Of a DNA stretch of 64,000 nucleotides, positions 43,501-53,521 are shown in pieces (positions within the stretch are counted from its first letter, which is position 1; every line of letters starts with the position of its first letter). The DNA lies in the NCBI GenBank assembly GCA_900549685.1, contig UROX01000001.1, positions 133-64,132 on the forward strand, written 5' to 3'. A program made the translations under genes and the position numbers. Under the pieces are notes generated by a model. That model saw only the letters and a program-made list of their open reading frames with translations. It was not told where the DNA came from and did not search any database. Source of the DNA: an uncultured Alistipes sp. GTDB lineage: Bacteria; Bacteroidota; Bacteroidia; Bacteroidales; Rikenellaceae.

Positions 43501-44277
43501 ACCGTTGAAGGGTTCCACGGTCGTGGGGAAGTTATGGGTTTCGGCCTTGACCGAAATGACGCTCTCGAAATCTTCGACGGCGAAATAGTCGGGCGCATCG
43601 TGCGTGACGGGCGCGAACTGTTCCACGACGGGCCCCTGCAGGAAAGCGCAGTTGTCCTTATAGGCCGAAACCACGCGGCCGGGATGTTCGTTGGTCGTCC
43701 GTTTGATGAGACCGAAAAGGGTAGTGCCTTTTTCCTCGCCGTCGATGACGAACTTGCCGTTGAAAATCTTGTGGCGGCAGTGCTCCGAATTGACCTGCGA
43801 GAATCCGAAGACTTCGCTGTCGGTCAGCTTACGGCCGATGCGGCGGCTCACGCTTTCCAGATAAGCGATCTCGTCTGCGCTCAACGCCAGTCCCTCCTGC
43901 TTGTCGTATGCGGCCAGATCGTCGATATAGATCACCGGATCGGGCTTTTTGCTGATCGTGTAGACCTGCTGGTCGATCGTGTGATACTTTCTGCGGAGCA
44001 TCGGGTCGAAAGAGACGTCCTCGCTCCGGGCTTCGACGAACTCCTCGATGCGCCGAATGCCTTTCAGTCCCATGTTCTGGGTGATTTCGACGGCATTGGT
44101 ACTCCACGGAGTAATCATTTCGCGCCGGGGGCCGATGAAAATCCCGGTCAGCGTCTCCTCTTCGATGCGGTCGGCTCCGCCGAAAAGCCATTCCAGACGG
44201 GCGATTTCCTCCGCCGAGAGTTCCGCTTCCGCCTGTACGGCATAGACAATGTCGTCTTTCTTAAAAAAAAGTATCAT
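40585..44277 (-). CDS. purL: Phosphoribosylformylglycinamidine synthase (large, fused type)
   Basis: NSEHCRHKIF, KAETHN, HDHGAGG, GGFS, GVCNGCQ, AHGEG, MPHLER. Confidence 0.97.
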   Translation of the reverse strand: MILFFKKDDIVYAVQAEAELSAEEIARLEWLFGGADRIEEETLTGIFIGPRREMITPWSTNAVEITQNMGLKGIRRIEEFVEARSEDVSFDPMLRRKYHTIDQQVYTISKKPDPVIYIDDLAAYDKQEGLALSADEIAYLESVSRRIGRKLTDSEVFGFSQVNSEHCRHKIFNGKFVIDGEEKGTTLFGLIKRTTNEHPGRVVSAYKDNCAFLQGPVVEQFAPVTHDAPDYFAVEDFESVISVKAETHNFPTTVEPFNGAATGTGGEIRDRIAGGKGAFPVAGTAVYMTAYPRLDGGREWEKHTEPRQWLYQTPEDILIKASNGASDFGNKFGQPLICGSLQTFEHFENGKKYGFDKVIMQAGGIGYGRKQDSLKDEPEAGDKVVLLGGDNYRIGMGGGAVSSVATGEYAGAIELNAVQRSNPEMQKRAYNAIRAISEEAINPIISIHDHGAGGHLNCLSELVEATGGRIDMDRLPIGDPTLSAKEIVGNESQERMGLVVKQENVDKLRRIAERERAPFYEIGEATGDMQFTFVDNKTGEKPIDLKLEDMFGKAPRTVLTDHTVAETFAEPQYSAGNLMKYIENVLQIEAVACKDWLTNKVDRSVTGRVAMQQTAGSIQLPLNDCAVVALDYQGRHGIATALGHAPAAALADPAKGSVLAITESLTNIVLAPIDGGLGSVSLSANWMWPCKNEGEDARLYAAVQAASDYAVALGINIPTGKDSLSMTQKYKDGELVYAPGTVIITSAAEVSDVRGAVSPALKHRPSQLVYVDMSRSPFALGGSSFAQSVGSVGSDVPVVESADYFARAFAAVQTLVREGKVLAGHDVSAGGLITALLEMTFADNCSGMDLSFAALGESDTVKVLFSEKPALVLQVEDGVQVCQDLKFAGVDAYVIGDTNTDRRFVFTHNGLEMKLLIDDLRDTWFKTSYLLDRRQSGPQKASERFANYKKQELQYRFPENFTGKLSQWGLEASRRKPTGIRAAIIREKGINSDREMAWCMYLAGMDVKDVHMTDLISGRETLEDVNMVVFPGGFSNSDVLGSAKGWAGAFLYNEKAKQALDRFFARPDTLSLGVCNGCQLMVELGLITPDHEQKPRMLHNDSHKFESTFVGVTIEENRSVMLSSLSGCKLGIWVAHGEGKFSLPYEESRYHIPVRYLYGEYPANPNGSDYNAAAICSEDGRHLAIMPHLERSLRPWNWAYYPEDRTADEVTPWIEAFVNARRWIESKTQK

Positions 44278-44320
44278 CGCAAATATCGGTTAAATTTTTT
44301 CGTTGTTTTCATCTGCACCC

Positions 44321-45058
44321 TTACCGGCGGGCTATCCGTCTGAGCAACGGCTCGGCTTCGTCGTAAGGAATGCGGTATTCCATATCTCCGAACGCATACG
44401 GCGCGACCCGGTAAGGATCGTAACGCATCGTGACGCCGGAACTGTCGATACCTATATTACGGGGCAAAGGTAAACGATCCGGTGCAACTAACAAAACGTC
44501 CCCGGAAAGTCCCCTGTCGAAAAGCATTTTTTCGAACGCGGCCCGGTTGAGCGCCTTCAGACGGACCGTATCGGCGAACAGATCGGCCGGCCCTATCCGC
44601 CGACCGTCGCGCAGATCGAAATTCAGAATCCCGACCCGGAAATCGCCGTGCGCCCCGCCCGTCAGCAAATAGGTTTCGAGCCGGACCGAAGCCACGCGGC
44701 CGCAAATGCTCACCCGCCCGTTCGCCCTCAGGTCGTAAGGCGTCGAAGACGTGTAGAGCGAATCGCTCCGCCGGAGCCTCAGCAGCGAATCGACCGCATC
44801 GGCCAGCGACATGCTGTCGGCCGTCCCTTCGATACCGAATACCGAATGGAGATAGGTCTCTATCGCCCGGTTGATGGAGTCCGCCGCAGCACCGCCCACG
44901 GCCTGCGGATAGGCGATCTCCATATAATCGCTCCCCGAAACATAGGACGAACGGAGCAGCGAGCGGTATTCCCACCCGACGTCCGGACGCCCGCATCCTC
45001 CGAGCAACAGGGCGAGGACAGTCCCGATGACGAATCGTTTACCCGCAGTGTTTTTCAT
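44321..45058 (-). CDS. DUF3298/RsiV-like lipoprotein
   Basis: Lipobox LGGC; GGAHG, NFDL..G, YDPYRVAPYAFG; ATGA overlap with the aroK stop. Confidence 0.75.
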   Translation of the reverse strand: MKNTAGKRFVIGTVLALLLGGCGRPDVGWEYRSLLRSSYVSGSDYMEIAYPQAVGGAAADSINRAIETYLHSVFGIEGTADSMSLADAVDSLLRLRRSDSLYTSSTPYDLRANGRVSICGRVASVRLETYLLTGGAHGDFRVGILNFDLRDGRRIGPADLFADTVRLKALNRAAFEKMLFDRGLSGDVLLVAPDRLPLPRNIGIDSSGVTMRYDPYRVAPYAFGDMEYRIPYDEAEPLLRRIARR

Positions 45059-45582
45059 CGGCCGCAGTTTTCCAGATAACGTTCCACATGGTCGGCGATA
45101 TAGGCGTCGCTCACGCCGTCGCAGCCGATAATGAGTTTCGACTGCAGATAAAAAGCCTCGCGCCGGGCGAGATTGTCCCGGATGAATCCCTCCAGCTCCT
45201 CGGGCGTCTTGTCCTTGAGCAGCGGGCGTTTGGCCTTGCCGTGTTCGAGACGTGCGGCCAGTTTGGCGGGACTCATCTGAAAATAGACGGTCAGCCCCGC
45301 CTCGTTCATGCGGGCCATGTTATCGAAAAAGCAGGGCGCCCCGCCCCCCGTAGCCACAACGGCGTTCCGTTCGGTTCCGGCGATAAGCTCCGACAGCATG
45401 TCGCGCTCCAGTTCGCGGAAACGCTCTTCGCCTTCGGCAGCGAATATTTCCCGCACGCTCCGGCCGCAACGCTGTTCGAGCAGCGTGTCCATATCCAGAA
45501 AACGGTATTCGAGCCGACGGGCGAGCGCCCGGCCGATCGAACTTTTGCCGCATCCCATATATCCGACTAAAAACAGCAACAT
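45055..45582 (-). CDS. aroK: Shikimate kinase
   Basis: GYMGCGKS, DMD, GEERFR, ATGGG, RPLL. Confidence 0.95.
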   Translation of the reverse strand: MLLFLVGYMGCGKSSIGRALARRLEYRFLDMDTLLEQRCGRSVREIFAAEGEERFRELERDMLSELIAGTERNAVVATGGGAPCFFDNMARMNEAGLTVYFQMSPAKLAARLEHGKAKRPLLKDKTPEELEGFIRDNLARREAFYLQSKLIIGCDGVSDAYIADHVERYLENCGR

Positions 45583-45654
45583 CGTTTCTTTAATTCTTTA
45601 TCATCCGCGAGGCCCGGAGAACCGGCCCGCTCATTTCAGGATTTTCGCTCCGGA

Positions 45655-48447
45655 TCAGAACAGTTCCATCTGCCGGGTATCGTCCTCTTCGCCCTCGTTC
45701 CCGACGGTATCGATTTCCGGCAGCCCTCCCGGTACCGTTTCCGGCGACGGGGATACCTCGGTTCCGTTCCCCGTATTCGGCTGCGGATCTCCGGAATCTT
45801 CGTCGGGCCGCTCTTCCGGAGCGGGATCTTTCTCCAGCGGCTCGCCGAACACGATACGGTCCACCGTCAGCGTGGTGAGCCGTTTGCCCTTGGCCCGGTG
45901 GCTCTTGACGCCGATGAAAGCCTCTACGTCGATCTCGTCGTCGGGCCGGCCGGCATGCGGGCCTCCGTAACCGACCAGAAGTCGGGGATACCGGTCGCTG
46001 CAGATGGCCGTCAGGTGCGATCCGGCGGTCTCGTCCACGAAACTCTGCATCTTGTCGCTCTGTTCGGCCGCGAAACGTTTCACGTAATAATAGTTCTGCT
46101 CGCCGTCGAAATAGACGACCGAGTAAACGCGCCCACCGTCGTATTTCTCGACCCGGATCGTGTCTTCGGGGAAATGGACGCCCAGATCGTAGTTCGCCGT
46201 ATAATACAGTCCTTTGCTCGTCATGACGATGAGCTTGTCACCGCCGACGAATTCGCCCAGCGGCTTGCCCCGACCGTCGGTATTGAGCCGGCGGATCTCG
46301 TCGTCGTACCACACCTGAATGCCGCCCAGCGTCGAGGCGCCCCGTTCCTTGAGCACGATCTTATGGATGGCATAGCGCGAGAACAGATTGCCCTGCGACT
46401 GGCGTCCCTTGATGGCCAGCTCGCCGAAGTTGAGGTCCACGATCAGCTTTTTGAGACGCGGGCGGGGCTTGAAATAGACTTTCAGGATTTCGGCCTCGCC
46501 GTTGGGATTGACGCTCATGTAGAGGATTTCGCTGCGGGGCGTGCCTTTGGTGATGTCGTACTCGCGGTCGCGGGTGATGCCCTTGATCGCGCAGCGCTTC
46601 ATCATCAGCGGACCGCCCTGTCCGTCCCGGTAGAGCACGTTGTAGATCGTGCGCTCGTCGTTGCGCTTGAATATGCCGATATGGTAAATGTTCTTGGCGA
46701 AGAATGCCTTCTCCGTCACTTTCGTGATGATGTATTTCCCTTCCTTGGTAAAGAGGATCACATCGTCGATGTCCGAACAGTCGCAGACGAATTCGTCCTT
46801 GCGCATGGCCGCGCCGATACCGAAGAATCCCTCCTTGCGGTCCACGTACAGTTTGGCATTGGCTACGACCACCTTCGTCGCCTCGATCGAGTCGAACTCC
46901 CGGAGCTCGGTCCTACGGTCGCGTCCCTTGCCGTATTTCTCCTTGATCCGCAGGAAATAATTCACGGCATAGTCGGTCAGGTGGTTCAGATCGTGTTTCA
47001 CCTGTTCGATCTCCTCCTCGACATGAGCGATATGCTCGTCGGCCTTGAACGAGTCGTAGCGCGAAATGCGGATCATGCGCAGTTCGGTCAGCCGCACGAT
47101 GTCGTCCCGCGTGATTTCGCGCCGCAGCAGATGGGCGAAAGGCTCCAGCCCCTCGCCGACGGTGGCATAGGCGGCTTCGCGGGAGGTCGCCTCCTCGAGC
47201 CGGAGGTATATCTTGTTCTCGATGAAGATTTTTTCGAGCGACGACATGTGCCAGTCCTGTTCGAGTTCTTCCATCCGGATCTCGAGTTCGCGCCGCAGCA
47301 GTTCGCGGGTATGGACGGCACAGCGTCTCAGAATCTCGCTCACGCCCATGAAATGGGGTTTCTCGTCCATGATGACGCAAGCGTTCGGCGAAATGGACAC
47401 CTCGCAGTCGGTGAAAGCGTACAGCGCGTCGATCGTGCGGTCCGACGATTCGTCGTTGCTGACATGGATGATGATCTCGACCTGATCGGAGGTATTGTCG
47501 TCCACCTTCTTGATCTTGATCTTCCCTTTGTCGTTGGCCTTGATGATCGACTCCTTGATCGACTCGGTCGTCGTTCCGTAAGGAATCTCGGTGATGGCCA
47601 GCGTGCGTTTGTCGATCTTGTTAATCTTCGCGCGGATCTTGACCGCACCGCCCCTCAGACCGTCGTTGTAGCGCGTGACGTCGGCCATGCCGCCGGACGG
47701 AAAGTCGGGCCACAACTCGAACGACTCGCCGCGCAGGCAGGCGATGCTCGCGTCGATCAGCTCGTTGAAATTGTGCGGCAATATTTTGGAGGCCAGCCCG
47801 ACGGCGATACCCTCGACGCCCTGGGCCAGCAGAAGCGGAAACTTGACAGGCAGCGTGACAGGCTCCTGATTGCGTCCGTCGTAAGAGAGCATCCACTCGG
47901 TGACCTTGGGATTGAACACCACGTCCAGCGCGAAACGCGACAGCCGCGCCTCAATGTAACGCGGTGCGGCCGCGCCGTCCCCAGTGAGCGTGTTGCCCCA
48001 GTTTCCCTGACAGTCGATGAGCAGGTCTTTCTGGCCGAGCTGGACGAGCGCGTCGCCGATCGAAGCGTCGCCGTGCGGGTGGTACTGCATCGTCGAGCCG
48101 ATGATGTTGGCCACCTTGTTGTAACGCCCGTCGTCGAGCTTTTTCATCGCGTGCAGAATGCGCCGCTGGACGGGTTTGAGTCCGTCTTCCACATGAGGCA
48201 CGGCCCGTTCCAGAATAACGTAGGAGGCATAATCGAGGAACCAGTCCTTGTACATGACCGTCAGTTTGCGCCGGTCGGGTCCGTCGGCGGTCAGACGGCC
48301 GAACTTGCCGGCCGACACGACTTCCGCATTTTCGACGGCAGGCTCTTCCGCCGGGAGGCTCTCCGCGGCGGACGTTTCCGGCATGTCTTCGCTGGAGGCG
48401 GCATTCACCGTTTCATCGGGGTCCGTATATCGATCTTTCGGGTCCAT
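45655..48447 (-). CDS. parC: DNA topoisomerase IV subunit A
   Basis: YASYVILERA, DGLKPVQRR, HPHGD, AAPRYIEARL (catalytic Tyr); downstream of parE. Confidence 0.92.
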   Translation of the reverse strand: MDPKDRYTDPDETVNAASSEDMPETSAAESLPAEEPAVENAEVVSAGKFGRLTADGPDRRKLTVMYKDWFLDYASYVILERAVPHVEDGLKPVQRRILHAMKKLDDGRYNKVANIIGSTMQYHPHGDASIGDALVQLGQKDLLIDCQGNWGNTLTGDGAAAPRYIEARLSRFALDVVFNPKVTEWMLSYDGRNQEPVTLPVKFPLLLAQGVEGIAVGLASKILPHNFNELIDASIACLRGESFELWPDFPSGGMADVTRYNDGLRGGAVKIRAKINKIDKRTLAITEIPYGTTTESIKESIIKANDKGKIKIKKVDDNTSDQVEIIIHVSNDESSDRTIDALYAFTDCEVSISPNACVIMDEKPHFMGVSEILRRCAVHTRELLRRELEIRMEELEQDWHMSSLEKIFIENKIYLRLEEATSREAAYATVGEGLEPFAHLLRREITRDDIVRLTELRMIRISRYDSFKADEHIAHVEEEIEQVKHDLNHLTDYAVNYFLRIKEKYGKGRDRRTELREFDSIEATKVVVANAKLYVDRKEGFFGIGAAMRKDEFVCDCSDIDDVILFTKEGKYIITKVTEKAFFAKNIYHIGIFKRNDERTIYNVLYRDGQGGPLMMKRCAIKGITRDREYDITKGTPRSEILYMSVNPNGEAEILKVYFKPRPRLKKLIVDLNFGELAIKGRQSQGNLFSRYAIHKIVLKERGASTLGGIQVWYDDEIRRLNTDGRGKPLGEFVGGDKLIVMTSKGLYYTANYDLGVHFPEDTIRVEKYDGGRVYSVVYFDGEQNYYYVKRFAAEQSDKMQSFVDETAGSHLTAICSDRYPRLLVGYGGPHAGRPDDEIDVEAFIGVKSHRAKGKRLTTLTVDRIVFGEPLEKDPAPEERPDEDSGDPQPNTGNGTEVSPSPETVPGGLPEIDTVGNEGEEDDTRQMELF

Positions 48448-48478
48448 TTTCAAATCGCTTTCTCTTTTGACAGGATAT

Positions 48479-50332
48479 TTATATCAGGTCTTCGACATAA
48501 TCGGCTTCGACACGCAGGTTGCCGATGATGAAGCCCTGCCGTTCGTTGGAGTTCTTGCCCATGTAGAACTCCAGCAGGTCGGAAATCGGGTCCTCTTTGG
48601 TCATGCGGACCTTGTCGAGCCGCATGTTCTCGCCGATGAACTCCTTGAACTCGTCGGCCGAAATCTCGCCCAGACCTTTGAATCGGGTGATCTCTGGATT
48701 GGGCCCCAGACTGCCGACGGCTTTGAGGCGCTCGTCCTCGTTGTAACAATAGCGCGTCTCTTTTTTGTTGCGCACGCGGAAGAGCGGGGTTTGCAGGATA
48801 TAGAGGTGTCCCGAACGGATGACGTCCGGGAAGAATTGCAGAAAGAAAGTCATCAGCAGCAACCGGATGTGCATGCCGTCCACATCGGCATCGGTGGCGA
48901 TGATGATTTTGTTGTACCGCAGGTTGTCCATGTCCTCCTCGATGTTGAGCGCCGCCTGCAACAGGTTGAACTCCTCGTTCTCGTAGACGATCTTCTTGGT
49001 GAGTCCGTAGCAGTTGAGCGGTTTACCCCGGAGGCTGAACACGGCCTGCGTATTGACGTCCCGCGACTTGGTGATCGAGCCGCTGGCCGAATTACCCTCC
49101 GTGATGAAGATCATCGAATCTTCGGCCCGCTCGTGCTTGTCGTTGAGGTGGATACGGCAGTCCCGGAGCTTCTTGTTGTTGAGGCTCACCTTCTTGGCCA
49201 TTTCGCGGGCTTTCTTCTGGATGCCGGAGATGGCCTTGCGTTCCTTTTCGCTTTCCTGTATCTTCTTGAGCAGCACATCGGCCGTCTCGGGATGCTTGTG
49301 CAGGTAGTTGTCCAGCTCGGTCTTGAGGAAATCGACGACGAAGTTCCTCACCGTCGGACCCTCGGGTCCCATATCCTTGGAACCGAGCTTGGTCTTGGTC
49401 TGCGACTCGAACATCGGCTCCTCGACCTTGACGCTGATGGCGGCGATGACCGAAGTCCGGATGTCGGCCGCATCGAAGTCCTTGCGATAGAATTCCTTGA
49501 TCGTCTTGGCGATCGCCTCGCGGAAAGCGGCCTGGTGCGTACCGCCCTGCGTGGTGTGCTGTCCGTTCACGAACGAATAGTAGGTCTCGCCGTACCCGTG
49601 GCCGTGCGTGATGGCCACCTCGATGTCCTCGCCCTTGAGATGGACGGGTGCATAGAGCGGTTCTTCGTTGAGATTTTCCTGCAACAGGTCGAGCAGACCG
49701 TTGCGCGAGACGAAACTCCGACCGTTGATGCGGATCGTCAGCCCGGCGTTCAGGTAGGTGTAGTTGCGCACCATCGACTCGACGTACTCGAAATGGTACG
49801 CATAGACGCCGAACACGCTTTCGTCCGCCAGAAAAGAGACCTCCGTTCCGTTTTTGGCGGAAACGCCGCTCTCGCTCGTGTCCGACACCTCTTCGCCCGC
49901 CTCGAACTTCACGCAGCGGGCCTCTCCGTCGCGCACGCTCCGGATCGTGAACTCGCTCGACAAAGCGTTCACAGCCTTGATACCCACGCCGTTGAGACCC
50001 ACTGATTTTTTAAAGGCCTTCGAGTCGTACTTGGCGCCGGTGTTCATCTTGGAAGCCACATCCACCAGTTTGCCCAGCGGAATGCCCCGGCCGTAGTCGC
50101 GCACGGTCACCCGCTTATCCTCGCCGATGGTGATGTCGATGCACCGGCCGAAGCCCATCATGTATTCGTCGATGGAGTTGTCGAGCACCTCCTTGATAAG
50201 GATATAGATTCCGTCGTCGGCCGACGTTCCGTCGCCCAGTTTGCCGATATACATGCCCGGCCGGCGCCGGATGTGTTCTTTCCAGTCCAGCGTCCGGATA
50301 TGTTCGTCCCCGTAGTCTGCTGCGATACCCAT
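48479..50332 (-). CDS. parE: DNA topoisomerase IV subunit B
   Basis: [53 protein letters not shown]. Confidence 0.93.
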   Translation of the reverse strand: MGIAADYGDEHIRTLDWKEHIRRRPGMYIGKLGDGTSADDGIYILIKEVLDNSIDEYMMGFGRCIDITIGEDKRVTVRDYGRGIPLGKLVDVASKMNTGAKYDSKAFKKSVGLNGVGIKAVNALSSEFTIRSVRDGEARCVKFEAGEEVSDTSESGVSAKNGTEVSFLADESVFGVYAYHFEYVESMVRNYTYLNAGLTIRINGRSFVSRNGLLDLLQENLNEEPLYAPVHLKGEDIEVAITHGHGYGETYYSFVNGQHTTQGGTHQAAFREAIAKTIKEFYRKDFDAADIRTSVIAAISVKVEEPMFESQTKTKLGSKDMGPEGPTVRNFVVDFLKTELDNYLHKHPETADVLLKKIQESEKERKAISGIQKKAREMAKKVSLNNKKLRDCRIHLNDKHERAEDSMIFITEGNSASGSITKSRDVNTQAVFSLRGKPLNCYGLTKKIVYENEEFNLLQAALNIEEDMDNLRYNKIIIATDADVDGMHIRLLLMTFFLQFFPDVIRSGHLYILQTPLFRVRNKKETRYCYNEDERLKAVGSLGPNPEITRFKGLGEISADEFKEFIGENMRLDKVRMTKEDPISDLLEFYMGKNSNERQGFIIGNLRVEADYVEDLI

Positions 50333-50368
50333 AATTCTTTCCTCCGTCCGGTTTCGTACCCGACGACT

Positions 50369-51106
50369 TTATTTTCGTTTTTTCGTTTCTTCTTCTCTGA
50401 GCGCCTCGAGCGCCTCCTTCATCGACGCTTCGGTCCGGGAAGCCAGCGTACGGACCTCCTGCGCGGCGACCTCCCCGGCCTCGACGGGATCGAGCACCCG
50501 TACGCGGAACGTATGCGGCATGCGCAGCCTCCATCCGTCGATGAGGCTCCAGTTTCCGTCCAGCACGACCGGCAGAATACCCGTACCGGCATGCTTGGCC
50601 ACATAGAAAGCTCCGTCCTTGAACCGGCCGATCTCTCCGGTCCGGGTGCGCGTACCCTCGGGAAATACGATGATCGAGGTCCCCCGTTCCAACCGTTCGG
50701 TCGAACGTTCCATCATCCGCTTGGCGCTTTGTCGCGAACCTCGCTCTACGGGGATGTCGCCGTGCATGCGCAGCACCCACCCGAAAATCGGCATGCGCTG
50801 CACCTCCTTTTTCGACACCCACTTGAAGTTGAACGGAAGAACGTACATCAACGGGATGTCGAGCATCGACTGATGGTTGGTCACGACGACCCACGGCCGG
50901 GTCCTGTCGATTTTTTCCCGGCCTTCGACCCGGATACGCCACATCGGACAGAGCCGGAAGATCCCGAGCGCCCACCACCGGGAAGCCCGGTGGAGCAACG
51001 CCCGCTCCCTGTCGAACAGTACCGTCAGAAAAAACAGGACCGCGAACGGAATGAAATAAATCACGGTAAAAAGAGCCAATGCGAAGTAATACAGAACGGA
51101 GGCCAT
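50369..51106 (-). CDS. Lysophospholipid acyltransferase (PlsC family)
   Basis: NHQSMLD, VFPEGTR, FKDGAF, ILPV. Confidence 0.9.
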   Translation of the reverse strand: MASVLYYFALALFTVIYFIPFAVLFFLTVLFDRERALLHRASRWWALGIFRLCPMWRIRVEGREKIDRTRPWVVVTNHQSMLDIPLMYVLPFNFKWVSKKEVQRMPIFGWVLRMHGDIPVERGSRQSAKRMMERSTERLERGTSIIVFPEGTRTRTGEIGRFKDGAFYVAKHAGTGILPVVLDGNWSLIDGWRLRMPHTFRVRVLDPVEAGEVAAQEVRTLASRTEASMKEALEALREEETKKRK

Positions 51107-51421
51107 GTCAATGCGGATTTCCCCATAATAAACCTTGCAAGTTTAACACATTTTTTCGACTTTTCCGACCATCCGGAGCAGGTTTTTATCAACATCCGGC
51201 CCCGGGGACGGACAATCGGCGGACACCCGGTTCCGCCGTTCCGACCGGCTGTTTTCCGTCTGCCGCAAGAAGGGGAAACGGCAGAGGAATCGCCTTCTCG
51301 CAACGGGACACGAAAAGCCGCACGCGCTGCGACGGACACGCCCGACGCAGCTCCGGCCGGACGCAAAAAGCCGGATGAAATTTTGGCGATTCCGAAAAAT
51401 CTCGGATATTTGTATCTTGAG

Positions 51422-52411
51422 ATGAAGGATGCAGTCAAAATTACCCTCGAAGAGATCCAACACCCGATAGCCGACAAGATCCGCGGCTACGAGGAGTATA
51501 TCGCCTCGACGTTGCACAGCGACAACAAATACGTCGCCTCGATCAACAAATACATCCTCGGCAACCGGGGCAAGCAGCTCCGTCCGCTGCTGGTCCTGCT
51601 GGGAGCGGCCCTGCACGGCGAAATCGGCCGCAGGACCTACATGGGCGCTTCGCTCGTCGAAATGATCCACACCGCATCGCTCATCCACGACGACGTGGTG
51701 GACGAAGCTTACGTGCGCCGCAGCGCCCCGTCGGTCAATGCCTTGTGGCACTCGCGAACGGCCGTGCTCATCGGCGATTATATTTTTGCCCGCACCTATC
51801 ACGTCTGCCTGCAGAACGAGGGATGGGACATGCTCACCGAAGTCACGCGGTCGATCCACGAAGTGAGCGAAGGCGAGCTGATCCAGACCGAACAGACCGA
51901 GAAGCTGGCCATGACGCGTGCCATCTATTTCGACATCATCTACAAGAAAACGGCCGCCCTGCTGGGAGCGTGCGGAGCGACGGGTGCCATCTCCGTCGGA
52001 GCGGACGAGGCGCAGGTCGCCCGGATGAGGGCCTTCGGCGACAACCTGGGCATCGCCTTCCAGATCAAAGACGACATTCTGGACTACTCTCCGATGGAGG
52101 TGACCGGCAAACCGAGCGGAGGCGACATGCGCGAACGCAAGATCACCCTTCCGCTGCTGTATATCCTGGAGCAAAGCCCGGAGCCAAAACGGAAAAAACT
52201 GATCTCCAAATTGAGCGACGTGCGCAACGCGCCGCGCAACGTAGATTACCTCTGTCGCACCGTCGTGGAGGAGGGCGGCATCGAACACGCCGCGCACTGC
52301 ATGGCCGAATACAAGGACAAGGCGCTGACCTATCTCGAAACATACCCCGATTCGGAAATCCGGCGGTCGCTGTCCGGTTTCGCCGAATTCGTCCTCTCGA
52401 GAAACAAATAG
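51422..52411 (+). CDS. Long-chain polyprenyl diphosphate synthase
   Basis: GKQLRP, HDDVVD...RR, KKTA, FQIKDDILD, GK..GGD. Confidence 0.92.
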   Translation: MKDAVKITLEEIQHPIADKIRGYEEYIASTLHSDNKYVASINKYILGNRGKQLRPLLVLLGAALHGEIGRRTYMGASLVEMIHTASLIHDDVVDEAYVRRSAPSVNALWHSRTAVLIGDYIFARTYHVCLQNEGWDMLTEVTRSIHEVSEGELIQTEQTEKLAMTRAIYFDIIYKKTAALLGACGATGAISVGADEAQVARMRAFGDNLGIAFQIKDDILDYSPMEVTGKPSGGDMRERKITLPLLYILEQSPEPKRKKLISKLSDVRNAPRNVDYLCRTVVEEGGIEHAAHCMAEYKDKALTYLETYPDSEIRRSLSGFAEFVLSRNK

Positions 52412-52510
52412 CCGCAACCGTCGGCCGCTCCGGCACCGAAGGAGGACGGTCCTCCGTCCGCAGGCGACAACGCACTTCGCCATGCCGGTCCCGGCCCGAA
52501 ACCGTATCCG

Positions 52511-53134
52511 ATGAAACAGATTCTGAAATATTTCCCGTCCCTGGACGAAGAGCAGATCCGGCGCCTGAGCATGCTGGAAGAGCTGTACCGGGAGTGGAAC
52601 GAACGCATCAACGTCATATCCCGCAAAGACATCGAGCAACTCTACACCCGACACGTGCTCCATTCGCTCGCCATCGCCAAAGTATGCGCGTTCCGGCCCG
52701 GCGCCCGTATTCTGGACGTAGGGTGCGGAGGCGGATTCCCGGGCATTCCGCTCGCCGTTCTCTTCCCCGAGGCCCGGTTCACGCTCGTGGATTCGATCGG
52801 CAAGAAGATCCGCGTCGTCGAGGAGGTAGCCCGCCGGACGGGGCTTGCGAACGTCACGGCGATACACGGCCGGGCCGAACGGATCGAAGGACAGTTCGAC
52901 TTCGTCGTGAGCCGGGCCGTCACCGAAATGAAACCTTTCATGGGGTGGATATGGAACAAGATCGAACGCGGAGAACAGGCGGGCGAACGGCCCAATGGCA
53001 TCCTCTATCTCAAGGGGGGAGACCTCGCCGAAGAACTCGCCGCGACGGGCAAACCCTACGAGCTTTTCGCGATCGGCGATTTTTTCGAGGAGGATTTCTT
53101 CGAAACCAAAAAAGTCGTTTATTTCCGCAAATAG
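52511..53134 (+). CDS. rsmG: 16S rRNA m7G527 methyltransferase
   Basis: WNERINVIS, HVLHS, LDVGCGGGFPG, DSIGKK, VSRA, LKGG. Confidence 0.95.
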   Translation: MKQILKYFPSLDEEQIRRLSMLEELYREWNERINVISRKDIEQLYTRHVLHSLAIAKVCAFRPGARILDVGCGGGFPGIPLAVLFPEARFTLVDSIGKKIRVVEEVARRTGLANVTAIHGRAERIEGQFDFVVSRAVTEMKPFMGWIWNKIERGEQAGERPNGILYLKGGDLAEELAATGKPYELFAIGDFFEEDFFETKKVVYFRK

Positions 53135-53189
53135 CCTACCGCATTGATCTGCTGTCGGATAAAAGTTGCCGAAAAAACGGATAAAAGTT

Positions 53190-53218
53190 TTTGTATAAAA
53201 AAAAATGTTTTACCTTTG
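53190..53218 (+). promoter_or_regulatory. Sigma-A promoter of rpmH
   Basis: TTTG at 53190-53193 and TACCTTTG at 53211-53218, in an AT-rich context. Confidence 0.7.
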
Positions 53219-53287
53219 CACACCGTTGCCGTATGTGAGAGTCGGCAGCGAAAAGCAGGCAACGAAAATATAAAAACATAAAGCGCA

Positions 53288-53443
53288 ATGAAAAGGACTT
53301 TTCAACCCTCACAGAGAAAGAAGATCAATAAACACGGTTTCCGTCAGAGAATGTCTACCGCCAACGGCCGCAAAGTGCTCGCCGCACGTCGCGCCAAAGG
53401 CCGGAAAAAACTGACCGTTTCCGACGATACCCGCTGGAAATAA
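53288..53443 (+). CDS. rpmH: 50S ribosomal protein L34 (not in the ORF track)
   Basis: Translated by hand: [51 protein letters not shown]. Confidence 0.98.
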   Translation: MKRTFQPSQRKKINKHGFRQRMSTANGRKVLAARRAKGRKKLTVSDDTRWK

Positions 53444-53467
53444 TCTCTTTCCGGACAGGAATACGAG

Positions 53468-53494
53468 GGCTGCCGTAGATATGGCAGCCTTTTT
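53468..53494 (+). terminator. Intrinsic terminator after rpmH
   Basis: GGCTGCCGT-AGAT-ATGGCAGCC-TTTTT. Confidence 0.75.
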
Positions 53495-53521
53495 ATATTC
53501 ATATACAAACGATCGATCCGC

